Source of the DNA: Candidatus Latescibacterota bacterium
Lineage (GTDB): Bacteria > Krumholzibacteriota > Krumholzibacteriia > WVZY01
Length of the DNA stretch: 64,000 bases
Direction of reading: 5' to 3'
NCBI GenBank assembly: GCA_963791045.1
Contig: CAWBQK010000011.1
Location: 352,635-416,634 of the forward strand
Shown here piece after piece: positions 53,400 to 64,000 of the stretch. The position numbers and the translations under genes are program-made. Each line of letters opens with the position of its first letter. The first letter of the stretch is position 1. A model generated the notes under the pieces. It ran no database searches, was not told the origin of the DNA, and saw only the letters and a list, made by a program, of their open reading frames with translations.

Positions 53400-56045
53400 A
53401 TGGGATCCAAAACGACACCGAATGACATCATCAAGAAAACGCTGCCAAACGGACTCACCGTAATCTTCCGGCAAGACCGGTCGAACCCCGTGGTTGCCGT
53501 CAACGTCTGGTTTAAAATCGGCTCCGCCCATGAGAGCGACGAAATGTCGGGCCTTGCCCATTTCCAGGAACACATGGTCTTCAAGGGAACCGAGAAGCAC
53601 GGTGTGGGGGAAATCGCAAACATTGTCAAGTCCGCCGGTGGCAACCTGAATGCGGGAACGAGCTACTCGTATACGATGTACTATGTCGTCCTTCCAGCCA
53701 AAGAGTTTTCACTCGCGCTGAACGTGCAGGCCGACGCGATGATGAATTCGACCTTCGACCCCGACGAATTTACAAAAGAACGCCTCGTGGTGATCGACGA
53801 GGCGAGAATGTACGACGACACTCCGGATTCCTTCACATACTACCGGGCAATGGAGCTTGGCTTCGATAAACACAACTACCGCCGGCCGATCGCCGGATAC
53901 GAGCCCGTCGTCTCGGCATTTACCCGTGACCAGCTTCTTGATTTCTACAATTCGTACTATCGACCGGGGAACGCTGTTCTTGTCGTGGTCGGCGATATCG
54001 ATCCCGACACGGCCTTCAAGGAGATTGAAGCGGCCTACGGGTCGTGGTCAAACGGCAAGATCGATCTTCCGGAGTCGCCGGAGGAGCCCAAGCAGAAAAG
54101 TTTCAGGTTCAAGACGCTTCGAGGATCGATCGATCACGCTTATTTGGGGTATGGGTTTCACGTCCCGAGCATTCTCGATGACGATTACGCGGCGCTCGAG
54201 GTGCTCTCGACACTCCTCGGCGCGGGAAAGAGCTCGCGGCTTTACCGCAAAGTGCTCGAAGAGAAACAACTTGTGACGACGGTATCGGCGTCGATGCTTG
54301 CCGAGAAGTGGCCGGGTTACATGATGGTCTACGCATCGACACCCGCTCAGAAGTGGCAGGAGGCACGCGACGCGATTTTCAGCGAAATGATGCGGTTCGC
54401 CGCGGAGCCGGTGAGCGAAGACGAGCTCTTGAAGGCAAGGCGGCAGGTCGAGAAGTGGATGTACAGCGACCTGGAAACGGTAGAAGGTCAAGCGTCCAAC
54501 CTGGGTTATTACGAGGTGATGGGGGATTACCGGATGGCCGAGGAACACCGCCGCGCGATCCAGAGCGTGACGGCCGCAGGCGTAATGTCGGTCGCTCGGA
54601 AATATCTCACACTCGACAATTGTTCGCTCATCTCGTATCTCCCCGAGAATGGGGACGTACCTGAGGCAACCCTCGAAGAGACGGAGAAAACCTTCATCGA
54701 GCTGGCGCCGTCGCTGGATGTCGCGCTCGAGAGCGTAAACAAGACAGCGCCGAAACCCACCGAACCGGACAAAGCGGAGCAGGGGGCGGACACGAAAGAT
54801 CGGATTCGCCTGATTGAACTGGAGAACGGCCTGCGCGTCCTTGTAAAAAGACGTACGACCGTGCCGATGGTTTCGGTGTTGACCGCTTATCAGGGCGGCG
54901 CCCGTATCGAACCGAAGGGCAAGACGGGTCTGTCGCTTCTCGCGTCACGCGCGCTCCTCAAGGAAACGCCATCGTACAACGCGGAAGAAATCGTGGCGAC
55001 GATCGAGGGGCTTGGCGGGAGCATCGAGAGCATCTCGAGCTTCGATTTGAGCGGTGTGTACTTGAACATCCTCAGCGACCACCTTGGCGACGCGATGGGG
55101 ATTTACAAGGAGGTTCTCCGCGAGCCGACTTTCGCGGATGAAATTATTGAGCAGGAAAAAACCAAACTCCTCGAAGAGCTGGTCAAACGTCACGATCACC
55201 CGGTCTACTACAGCGTCGACAACCTGTTTACACGTATCTTTGGAGATCATCCGTACGCGTACCCTTTTATCGGCGATGGTTCCGGGCTCGAGGCGCTGAC
55301 GGCAAAGGACTGTCGGGAATGGTACGAGAAAAACCTTTCGCCGGCGAACACGGTGATGGTTTTCGTTGGGAACATTACCGAAGACGAGGCGGTCGAAGCG
55401 GCGCGCAATCTTTTCGGCGATGTTGAACCTGCCCCCGTACCCAGATCCGAGGTGGAGGCGCCCACGGAACCGGTGGCCCCCGGACTCCATGTCCTCAGGC
55501 GCAAAGACATCAACCAGGCGGTGGGTCTTGTCGGGTTTGTCGCTCCGCCGATGATGAGTGACGAAGCGATAAGTCTGCGTGTGCTAGATGGCCTGATGAC
55601 GGGTCTTGGCGGACGCTTGTTCTACGAACTCCGAGACCAGCGCTCGCTCGGTTACATGGCCGGCTCGGCGTTTATGCCGCTGAAGGAGCGCTCCGTAGCG
55701 TACGGGTATTCGAATCCGAAGCCGGAGGGAATCGACGAGGCAATCGAAGTGATCCTCTCCGAATTCGAGAAAGTCACGCGCGAACCGGTGACCGACATGG
55801 AACTCAACCGTTCGAAGAACTGGCTCATAGGTTCACAGTTGATGAAGTTACAGAGAAATCTCGCCCAGGCGATCGAGTACGGCTTCTACGAGGCTCTGGG
55901 GTTTGGCTACGAGATGGTTGACAAGACGCCGGGACTTATCGAGCAAGTGACAAAGCAGGACATCCTCGTGGCGGCCGCCGGGGTCTTCGACCGCAAGAAA
56001 GCAGTCTGCACGAAATTGATTCCGGAGGAAGAAGCCGGAGAATAA
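53400..56045 (+). CDS. M16 (pitrilysin/insulinase) zinc protease
   Basis: GLAHFQEHMVFKGT inverzincin motif; second inactive M16 half. Confidence 0.93.
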   Translation: MGSKTTPNDIIKKTLPNGLTVIFRQDRSNPVVAVNVWFKIGSAHESDEMSGLAHFQEHMVFKGTEKHGVGEIANIVKSAGGNLNAGTSYSYTMYYVVLPAKEFSLALNVQADAMMNSTFDPDEFTKERLVVIDEARMYDDTPDSFTYYRAMELGFDKHNYRRPIAGYEPVVSAFTRDQLLDFYNSYYRPGNAVLVVVGDIDPDTAFKEIEAAYGSWSNGKIDLPESPEEPKQKSFRFKTLRGSIDHAYLGYGFHVPSILDDDYAALEVLSTLLGAGKSSRLYRKVLEEKQLVTTVSASMLAEKWPGYMMVYASTPAQKWQEARDAIFSEMMRFAAEPVSEDELLKARRQVEKWMYSDLETVEGQASNLGYYEVMGDYRMAEEHRRAIQSVTAAGVMSVARKYLTLDNCSLISYLPENGDVPEATLEETEKTFIELAPSLDVALESVNKTAPKPTEPDKAEQGADTKDRIRLIELENGLRVLVKRRTTVPMVSVLTAYQGGARIEPKGKTGLSLLASRALLKETPSYNAEEIVATIEGLGGSIESISSFDLSGVYLNILSDHLGDAMGIYKEVLREPTFADEIIEQEKTKLLEELVKRHDHPVYYSVDNLFTRIFGDHPYAYPFIGDGSGLEALTAKDCREWYEKNLSPANTVMVFVGNITEDEAVEAARNLFGDVEPAPVPRSEVEAPTEPVAPGLHVLRRKDINQAVGLVGFVAPPMMSDEAISLRVLDGLMTGLGGRLFYELRDQRSLGYMAGSAFMPLKERSVAYGYSNPKPEGIDEAIEVILSEFEKVTREPVTDMELNRSKNWLIGSQLMKLQRNLAQAIEYGFYEALGFGYEMVDKTPGLIEQVTKQDILVAAAGVFDRKKAVCTKLIPEEEAGE

Positions 56046-56048
56046 AAA

Positions 56049-56069
56049 AAACCGCGGAACCCGCGGTTT
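56049..56069. terminator. Intrinsic terminator between convergent genes
   Basis: A-tract then aaaccgcgg-aac-ccgcggttt. Confidence 0.7.
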
Positions 56070-56101
56070 GTCAGACGTCAGGGGACTAACCGGCCAGAAA
56101 A

Positions 56102-56900
56102 TCACACGGCTGCCGCGGGTTTTGTTGCTTTCTCCTCGCCCGCGAGGCCAAAGTTTTTGAGCAAATCGGTGCGAAGCGTGTTGATGTCGATCTTGCGTTT
56201 GAGTTTCCCGCTTTCCGCATACGAGATCGTCTGAGTCTCTTCCGATACGACGATAACAATCGCGTCCGTTTCCTCAGTGAGCCCGATCGCGGCACGGTGC
56301 CGTGTGCCGAGCGCGACCGATAATCGCTGATCCTGCGTGAGCGGGAGAATACACCCCGCTGCGGCGACGCGACCGTTTTGTATGATCACCGCGCCGTCGT
56401 GAAGCGGGCTTGTCGGTGTGAATATCGTTTCGATGAGCTCGGCCGTTACACTCGAGTCGATCCTTGTTCCCGTCTCGATGTAGTTCTTGAGCCCCATATC
56501 TTTTTCGAGCACGATGATCGCGCCGATCCCCTTGTCGGCCAGCCGCGAAGCGCTTTTTATGATTTCCGGGATCACGCCCTTCTCTTCGACGGTAAAGAAA
56601 CGGCTGACGATACCGTTGTTGACCGAGGGAGGCCAATGCCCGGCGAAGCTCGGGCTGGAAAATAATAACGAACGCGATTACCCACACCGTTTTCAAACTG
56701 GAAATGATCCAGTTGAGCGCCATGAGGTTGGCCCACTGCGCGACGACCGACAGAACAAAGAGAACAATGAGTCCGGAGAACATGTGGACGGCGCGTGTCC
56801 CCCTCATCATCTTGAAAAGCTGATACAGGAGAAACGCTACGATGACGATATCTACGATATCGGTGATAAAGTCGGTGGAGATTGTTTCCAATGGAGACAT
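56102..56900 (-). CDS. dacA: Diadenylate cyclase CdaA/DacA (frameshifted)
   Basis: 3 TM helices, FQPELRRAL, PLHDGA, GTRHRAA, VSEET. Confidence 0.93.
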
Positions 56901-56916
56901 GTAATGAGATCCAGAG

Positions 56917-57799
56917 TTACCAGGACGCCGGATATTCCTCCGGGTGATCGATGGCATCGAGCACCCGAAAAAGCCCCGCGGTTTCTTTTACATCGTGCAC
57001 GCGGACGATGTCCAGTCTGTTCTTCAAACACCACGCGGCGACGGCAAGGCTACCGCCCAACCGATCGTGTCGGTTTTCTGTCGAGAAACTCGCCGAGAAA
57101 CCGTTTTCTCGACGCCCCAATCATCACCGGGTACCCGAGCGAGCGAAGCGGATCCGCGGCACGGAGTAAATCGAGATTGTCGCGAAAGCGTTTTCCAAAC
57201 CCGATTCCAGGATCAACTACGATCATATCATTTTGTACACCCTGTTGTTTAACGAATTCCGCGCGCTCGACGAGAAACCGGCAAACTTCGGCGACGACAT
57301 CGTCATAGTGGGGGTTGACCTGCATCTCGCGCGGGTCGCCCTTCATGTGCATGAGGATGACCGGCGTTCCGGCGTCGCGGACGACGCTGGGCATTTCGGG
57401 GTCCCCGCACGCGCTCACATCGTTCACCATCCGGCAGCCCGCTTCCAACGCCGCGCGGGCGACTGCAGCCCGGCGGGTATCGATCGACATGGGAATCTGT
57501 ATTTTTGGCGCGAGCGATTCTATAACGGGGAGCACGCGGGCGAGTTCTTCGTTGGTTTCGACATAATTTGACCCGGGGCGGGTGGACTCCCCGCCGATGT
57601 CGATTATGTCCGCGCCGTCTTCGGCCATTTGCATGGCGCGGGCGTATGCCTGGTCTTTGAGATAGTGGGCGCCGCCGTCGGAAAACGAGTCGGGAGTGAC
57701 GTTGAGGATTCCCATGATAAACGGGCGCCGTGTGGGGGCGAGCGTGAAATCACGCCCGCGGATCGGTCGTTTATCGATTCGTCCTGCCTGTTTTGTCAT
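56917..57799 (-). CDS. folP: Dihydropteroate synthase (frameshift near 3' end)
   Basis: MGILNVTPDSFSDGG, GGESTRPG, DPGIGFGK, SRKRF, VRVHDV. Confidence 0.95.
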
Positions 57800-57885
57800 A
57801 GTAAATGGAAATCGAAGAAGTATTGCCGCCGGAACGCCCGGGGACCCCGCAATACGCCAAAAACCGCCGGGAACCCTGCCCCCGG

Positions 57886-59935
57886 CTAAGGTGTGTCGGG
57901 CCGCGGGAGCGGATTGCCCGGAAAATCCGGCTGCGCGTCGTCGGGCTTCTCTTCGGTGACGACGGGCGCCTCTTTTGCTTTGGCCTTCCCCGACTTTCTC
58001 TTGACCGGCGGGAGTTTCTCGCCTTCGAGAATCATCCGAATTTCTTCGCGGTCGAGTGTTTCGCGATCGAGGAGCGCCTCCGCCATCAGGTGTAGGATCT
58101 TGACGTTCTCTGCGAGAATCTCCTTGGCCCGATCGAAACACTCGGTAATGATCCGTTTGACTTCGTCGTCGATGTCCTGCGGCGGTTTTTTCGCTGTAGT
58201 CCTGGTGTTGCTGAATCTCGCGGCCAAGGAAGATTTGCTCTTCGCGTTCGCCAAAAGAAATCGGACCGAGGCGTTCGCTCATTCCCCACTGGGTGACCAT
58301 GTGGCGGACCAGTTTCGAGGCCATCTCGATATCCGCCTGTGCGCCGCTTCCCATGCGGTCGAGAACGAGCTGTTCGGCGACGCGGCCACCGAGCGACTGC
58401 GTGATCGTATCGAGACACCAGTCCTTCGAGACTTCCGTCGCGATCGTCCTCGGGGAGGAAATAGGTGGCGCCGCCGGCGCGGCCACGGGGAACGATCGTC
58501 ACCTTGTGAACCGGGTCGGAATATTTGAGGTTGGCGCCGACAATCGCGTGACCCGCTTCGTGAAAAGCGGTCAGCCGGCGAGACTCCTCCTTGACGAGTT
58601 TGCTCTTTTTCTCGGGGCCGAGGATGATTTTGTCCTTGGCCTCTTCCATTTCTTCCATCGTCACTTTGTCTTTGTCGTACCGTGCGGCAAGAAGCGCAGC
58701 CTCGTTGACCATGTTGGCCAAGTCGGCGCCGCTCATCCCGGGGGTCGAACGGGCGGTGACGGCGAGGTCGACGTCGTCGGCGAGGGGGATTTTGCGCGAA
58801 TGGACCTTGAGGATTCCCTCTCGGCCTTTGATATCCGGCATGTCGACAACGATCCGGCGATCGAATCGACCCGGCCTGAGAAGAGCGGGGTCGAGCACAT
58901 CGGGCCGGTTCGTCGCTGCGAGAAGAATGACACCCTCGTTGCTCTCGAACCCGTCCATCTCGACGAGCAGTTGGTTGAGCGTTTGCTCGCGCTCGTCATG
59001 CCCGCCGCCAAGCCCCGCTCCGCGGTGCCGGCCGACGGCATCGATTTCATCTATAAACAGGATACATGGCGCGTGTTTTTTCCCCTGGTCGAAGAGATCC
59101 CTGACGCGGGAGGCGCCCACACCGACAAACATTTCGACAAAGTCCGAACCGCTCATGGAGAAGAACGGGACGGCCGCTTCACCGGCGACGGCTTTGGCGA
59201 GCAGGGTCTTTCCTGTTCCCGGAGGCCCGAGAAGGAGGGCGCCCTTGGGAATCCGACCGCCGAGCCGTTGGAATTTCTTGGGATCACGGAGAAACTCGAT
59301 AATTTCCTCGAGTTCTTCCTTGGCCTCGTCGGCGCCGGCGACGTCATCGAAGGTGACCCGCGGGCGGTCGCCACCAAACATCCTTGCCCGGCTCTTTCCG
59401 AAACTAAATGCCTTATTTCCACCAGATTGCATCTGTCGCATGATCAGGAACCATAGTCCCACTATGAGGAGCAGTGGCAAACCCGACGTCAAAATCTTGA
59501 CCCACAGGCTGCCCCCGGGGGCTTCGCCCTCGATGACTGTGTTTTCGTTCTTCGCGAGGATCTTTTCGGGGAGCTTGTCGTCCTCGACGGGGAGAATGAG
59601 CGAGAAGTTATCAACCTTGACCTCGCGTTGAGCGGTTTGGTCGTCGTCCGCCGAACCCACCGGGACAAGAGTGAGGTGAGCAGGACACCGTGGACCTCGA
59701 GTCCTTTCACTGTGATGGTCTTGAGATTCCCCGCGTCAATCTGCCGGAGGAACTCCGAATAGGAGATCCGGTACTCGGGGGTTTTGCCCATCTCGAACAT
59801 CTGGAACGCGATGAGCAACACCAGAACGAGAATGACCCAAAAAATCATGGCGCGAAGGGGTTTTCCCGGTTTGCCGATACTCGGTCTCTGGGGCATGCCC
59901 GGACGCTGTCTTTGATTATCTTTTTTATCTGTCAT
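57886..59935 (-). CDS. ftsH: ATP-dependent zinc metalloprotease FtsH (frameshifted)
   Basis: [30 protein letters not shown]. Confidence 0.96.
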
Positions 59936-59989
59936 AATTGATTACCTGTCTTCAGTATAACAAATTAGGCGAGCTTTATTCAAAGAATT

Positions 59990-60541
59990 CTAGTTTTCCC
60001 GCGAAGTATCGAGTCGAGCAATATGCGGGAGGTTCCGATACATTTCGTTATAATCCAGCCCGTATCCGACGACGAACACATCGGCGATCTCCCGGCCCAC
60101 ATATTTGACCCTGATTTCGGGATCGCGGGGCGAGGTCTTTCGAAGGAGCGAACAAACTTCGAGACTCTTGGGACCTCGAATCTGAAGCATATTGATAATA
60201 TATGACAGGGTCCGGCCGGTGTCTAACACATCCTCTACTATGAGAACGTGCCGCCCAGAAATGTTTGTGGTCAAATCTTCGACGATCCGGACGACCCCGC
60301 TTGGGCTGGTTCCTTTTTCGTAGCTCGAGACGCTGAGAAAGTCGATCTGGTGCGGGATCGGAAGCCGCCTGATGAGATCGGCCAGAAACACTACGCCGCC
60401 CTTGAGGAGGTTGATGAGTATGGGGTTTTTGCCTTCGTAGTCCACCGTGATCTCGCGGCCCAGACGCTCGACATCGGCAGCTATATCGGCTTCGCTTACA
60501 AGTACTTCGCCCGGCTTACAGAGGTCTTCCGGTGGGTTCAT
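59990..60541 (-). CDS. hpt: Hypoxanthine phosphoribosyltransferase
   Basis: LLKGG, VSSY, VEDVLDTGRTL, FVVGYGLD, YRNLP. Confidence 0.95.
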   Translation of the reverse strand: MNPPEDLCKPGEVLVSEADIAADVERLGREITVDYEGKNPILINLLKGGVVFLADLIRRLPIPHQIDFLSVSSYEKGTSPSGVVRIVEDLTTNISGRHVLIVEDVLDTGRTLSYIINMLQIRGPKSLEVCSLLRKTSPRDPEIRVKYVGREIADVFVVGYGLDYNEMYRNLPHIARLDTSREN

Positions 60542-60559
60542 CAGGTCCAGACACCTTCT

Positions 60560-62020
60560 TTATGGTTTTTCGGCACGGATCTTTACGATACGGCGGGTTG
60601 TGGGTGTGATACGCGATTTTTCGCTCGTGGCAACACCTACCAGCCAGAGTATGTCATCGGCGTCGGTGATGACAAGTGTCGATATCCGATCTCTCGCAGG
60701 AATTTTTTTGTCGCCAAAAATATCGCTCAGTTTCTTGGTCCCGCTCATCCCGAACGGCCGCATGCGGTCGCCCTTTCGTGGCATTCGCACCGTGAGCGAC
60801 CCCGAAATCTTGTCGAAATCAAAACTCGCTGCGTGCGCCGTCGCTTTGAGGGTCTCGTCGTTCGCGGGGAGGCCGCCCGCGATTTCGAGGATCTCGGTGA
60901 CCATGACGGTGCCCCCGAGAAGTGCCGTTTCGCCGGGAATCTTGAGATCGATGGGTTCGATCACCAGTGGAGCGGCATCGGCGCCCAGTGCGGTGGCTTT
61001 GTCGAGCGCCGCTTGGCGTGTGATTACGAGATTCTCGTACTCCCTCTTCACCGTTAAGCCGGGGAGGGAAATCTGTTTCCCCGAGCCCTGCGGGTCAGTC
61101 AGAAGCCGACTCAGGATCTCAAAATGGGCCCGTGTGAAATCCATGTCGCACCCGAGTTTTTCAGCAAACAGGTCGCCGAAGAGGATGACGAGCGTTGTGT
61201 CGTCGAGTCTCACGATTGAGCTCGTGTCGAAAAGCCAGCTCGCCGGCGGATGGAATTTCAAGTTTTTCCCGATAATCGGATCCGTCTGACGCCGGATTCG
61301 CTGGACAACGGACCGCGAGTTCTTGGCCAGCCTGAGGATGTTGTCGTTGATCGAGGAGTTGTAATTCGCCTCGAGGAGCGGAAGGAGGTCGTGCCGGATC
61401 TTGTTCCTCTGGTACCGCCGGTCCGCGTTGCTTGGATCCTCGACGAAGGGGATGCCCGACTTTTCGCAGTACATTACCGTGTCTTCGCGCGAAAGGCACA
61501 GGATGGGCCGAACGATGCGGCCCCTCTTGAGCGGGATTCCGGCGAGCCCGCGGATCCCTGTCCCGCGGATAAAGCGCATGAGCACCGTCTCGATCTGGTC
61601 GCTGCTTGTGTGCCCGGTGGCTATCTTGTCCGCTCCGATCGAGCCGGCTACTTCGTCGAGAAACCGGTATCGTGCCTTGTGGCCGGCTTCTTCGAGTGTG
61701 TCACCGGTCGATTCGGCCAGTTCCCCGACATTGGCGTGGCCGGTGTGACATACGACGTGCAGCGATTCGGCAAAGCGTTTGACCTGCTCGGCCTCTTCGT
61801 CCCCCGCCGGGCGGAGCCCATGGTCGAGGTGCGCCGCGGCAACCTCGAAATCGAAGATTTTACCGAGTCCGTGGAGGATCGAGAGCATCGCCATCGAATC
61901 GGCCCCGCCTGAGACGGCCGCCAGAACGCGGCTGCGGGGTGGAATGAGTTCGTTGGACACAATGTGCCATTTGACCGCGTCTGCCGCGGATTCGGGCGTA
62001 TTGCTACTCCCGGTCGGCAT
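60560..62020 (-). CDS. tilS: tRNA(Ile)-lysidine synthase
   Basis: AVSGGADS, ARYRF, GHTSSDQIET, DPSN, RNKIRH. Confidence 0.96.
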   Translation of the reverse strand: MPTGSSNTPESAADAVKWHIVSNELIPPRSRVLAAVSGGADSMAMLSILHGLGKIFDFEVAAAHLDHGLRPAGDEEAEQVKRFAESLHVVCHTGHANVGELAESTGDTLEEAGHKARYRFLDEVAGSIGADKIATGHTSSDQIETVLMRFIRGTGIRGLAGIPLKRGRIVRPILCLSREDTVMYCEKSGIPFVEDPSNADRRYQRNKIRHDLLPLLEANYNSSINDNILRLAKNSRSVVQRIRRQTDPIIGKNLKFHPPASWLFDTSSIVRLDDTTLVILFGDLFAEKLGCDMDFTRAHFEILSRLLTDPQGSGKQISLPGLTVKREYENLVITRQAALDKATALGADAAPLVIEPIDLKIPGETALLGGTVMVTEILEIAGGLPANDETLKATAHAASFDFDKISGSLTVRMPRKGDRMRPFGMSGTKKLSDIFGDKKIPARDRISTLVITDADDILWLVGVATSEKSRITPTTRRIVKIRAEKP

Positions 62021-62083
62021 CGGATGCTCCGTTCATGGTGTTCGAGGGAGAAAGGAAGGCGTCGCGGAGACTCCGCAAAAAAG

Positions 62084-62160
62084 TGGTGGCGGTGCAGGGA
62101 CTCGAACCCCGGACACGCGGATTATGATTCCGCTGCTCTAACCAACTGAGCTACACCGCC
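62084..62160 (-). tRNA. tRNA-Met (CAT), elongator type
   Basis: GGCGGTGTAGCTCAGTTGGTTAGAGCAGCGGAATCATAATCCGCGTGTCCGGGGTTCGAGTCCCTGCACCGCCACCA. Confidence 0.95.
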
Positions 62161-62193
62161 TGACCATTTTTGATTAACCAACCTTCTTATGTT

Positions 62194-63464
62194 CTAGTCT
62201 GCTTCGTTAGTTGGTGTTTGCTCCAGAGCCTTGGAAAGTGAAACCGCATCGACCACCGGGTCAGGTTCTCCCCGCAACCCAAAGCCACCTCCGGCAGGAG
62301 TAGTCATGACTTCGACTTTTTCAACCGGCAATCCGGTAATATCAGCTGCTGTTTGCTGGGCCGTCGTCTGTCCCTGCGTTGGTACCCATACTCGGCAGCG
62401 ATCTTTTTCCACATGGGCAGTGCAGTTAATAGGTTCGAGCGCCGCGTGAGCGATAAAGGGGAATTTGTAGGAACTTTCCAGTGTTACCGCTGCTTCAGCG
62501 AGTGCTTTCTCCGCATCACCGACAGCTTCAGCGATCGCACCTGGTTTTTCCAGATGTTTCCTGAAACAATTTTTCGCAGCCACTGTTTCATCATTTAATT
62601 CAGGGTTTGAACCGGATCGTCCATTGTATGTTGAGCTTATCTCGACCTTGCAAGGCCGCATAGGTTGTTTCGGCACACACAGCTATGTTATCTTACAACG
62701 GCACCACTTTTATCACACCGTTCACTGCCAGGCCGCATCTCATCATATGATTCAGGGCCTGCACCAAAACGGGGAGGACGTGCCACAACCGCGATGCACA
62801 TATCCGGAACAACAAAATCAATGCCGTATACGGTTCGGCCACCCACCTTGTCCGGGATATCCAGGCGATCCCTGGCAGATCCAATAATACGATAGTCTTT
62901 TGATTCTTTTAAGAGGTGGATTTTCTGGAACAGGCAGTTTCTGGGCCTGCCTCTACCAGCTGTCCATAACTCAGGCTGCGTCCATCCGGATGAATAACCT
63001 TACCTTTATCTGTTCTACATTTGTCGGCGTCAACACCCCATTGTTTTGCTGCAGCTTGGACGAGCATTTGACGGGCTGCCGCGCCAGCCTTGCGAATCAT
63101 ATCCCAGCGATGTCGAATACTGGTGCTGCCGCCGGTAAGCTTGCGCATGCCAGAATGGATTCTTAAAAGGCTCTGCTGCAAGCGCCATTTTGGCTTGAAC
63201 CATGTGCCAATCAGCATCAAGTTCCTCGGCCACAATCATGGAGATACCGGTGTGCGTCCCCTGGCCAAGATTCGTCTGACCAATCCAAACGGTTACAGTA
63301 TCATCCGATGCAATCTCTACAAAGGCATGCGGCTTGAAAGTTATTTCCGCGCCAGCTTGCGCCGGTGATACATTAAAGAGGCTCAGTTCACCAGGCAGAG
63401 CGGTTGCAGCGATGACCAGGCTGCTCCTTTGCAAAAAGGTTCTCCGTGTTATGTCAGTCTTCAT
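62194..63464 (-). pseudogene. IorB-like molybdopterin oxidoreductase large subunit, Tat-exported, frameshifted and 3'-truncated
   Basis: TRRTFL Tat motif, GQGTHT..MIVAEELDADW, TGGSTS, HAALEP, GGGFG; ends right after SKAL. Confidence 0.75.
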
Positions 63465-63475
63465 GGTATCGCCCC

Positions 63476-63928
63476 CTATTTGGCAGTTATATCTGCAGCC
63501 ATCCGAACAGCCTGTTTTATCCTTGGATGAGACCCACAGCGACAAAGGACATCATCCAATGCCTCATCGATCTGCTTTGCAGATGGATTTGGCGGCGTGA
63601 TAAAAAATCAACGGTCTGAAGCATTATACCCGGCTGGCAATATCCACATTGGGGTACTTGTTTTTCAATCCATGCACGTTTGACAGGGTGATCTTCCGGC
63701 AGGCCTTCAATGGTAACAATCTTATTCTTCTGGGCGCGTTCGACGGAGATGGAACAGGATCGAACAGCCTCACCATCAATGAGAACTGTACAGACACCGC
63801 ATTCAGCGATTCCGCATGCATACTTTACACTGGTTATTCCAAGATTATCTCGAAGAACCCACAAAAGAGGGGTATCCGGTGAAACATCGACCTGCCTGTT
63901 TTTCTCCATTCACAAGTAATGAAATCAT
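63476..63928 (-). CDS. IorA-like [2Fe-2S] small subunit (frameshifted)
   Basis: TPLLWVLRD, CGIAECGVCTV, QCGYCQPG, LCRCG. Confidence 0.88.
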
Positions 63929-64000
63929 AATTCCTCCATGGTGAGTGTGAGTCGTTCAGCAAAACAGCATGTAAGTCTTATTTTCAGTCTGGTAGTGTGT

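Noticed and set aside
56102-59935. dacA, folP and ftsH as pseudogenes, or an apparent FtsH-FolP fusion ORF (57050-58486)
   Set aside because: Core genes with isolated indels; the 'fusion' is an off-frame read-through, and folP has its own ATG at 57799
62084-62160. tRNA-Ile2(CAU) co-located with its modifying enzyme TilS
   Set aside because: The acceptor stem GGCGGTG lacks the C4-G69/C5-G68 TilS determinants known from E. coli and resembles elongator tRNA-Met; not formally excluded

Overview
A GC-rich bacterial chromosomal segment; the gene content is suggestive of an uncultured FCB-associated lineage, but that is inference only. Most of it is housekeeping: thiL, mtaB-miaB-tdh-kbl, dinB, iaaA, ispG, uvrC, trxB-folE-dcd, guaB, fabF, an M16 protease, and tRNA-Met-tilS-hpt-ftsH-folP-dacA. 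Several blocks (0.9-2.8, 7-11.2, 56-60 and 62-64 kb) carry dense 1-bp indels that look like long-read consensus errors rather than pseudogenes. Highlights: (1) a sigma-54-promoter-rich signalling locus at 38-48.6 kb, encoding a degenerate chemoreceptor, a CheA-like pseudokinase (no Hpt His, broken N/G boxes), a small HTH protein, a catalytically dead STAS-GAF-HD-GYP paired with an intact REC-GAF-HD-GYP, and a sigma-54/IHF-driven GGA-rich sRNA candidate; (2) a stand-alone Bd0055-like bacterial histone gene; (3) a Bcp peroxiredoxin with an in-frame UGA at the catalytic position followed by a SECIS-like hairpin; (4) an anti-Shine-Dalgarno-motif sRNA candidate; (5) a family of ~125-bp palindromic elements, two of which are read in-frame by neighbouring genes; (6) a fabF + FabX-like pair; (7) a truncated, AT-richer iorAB block abutting the 5' end of tRNA-Met.
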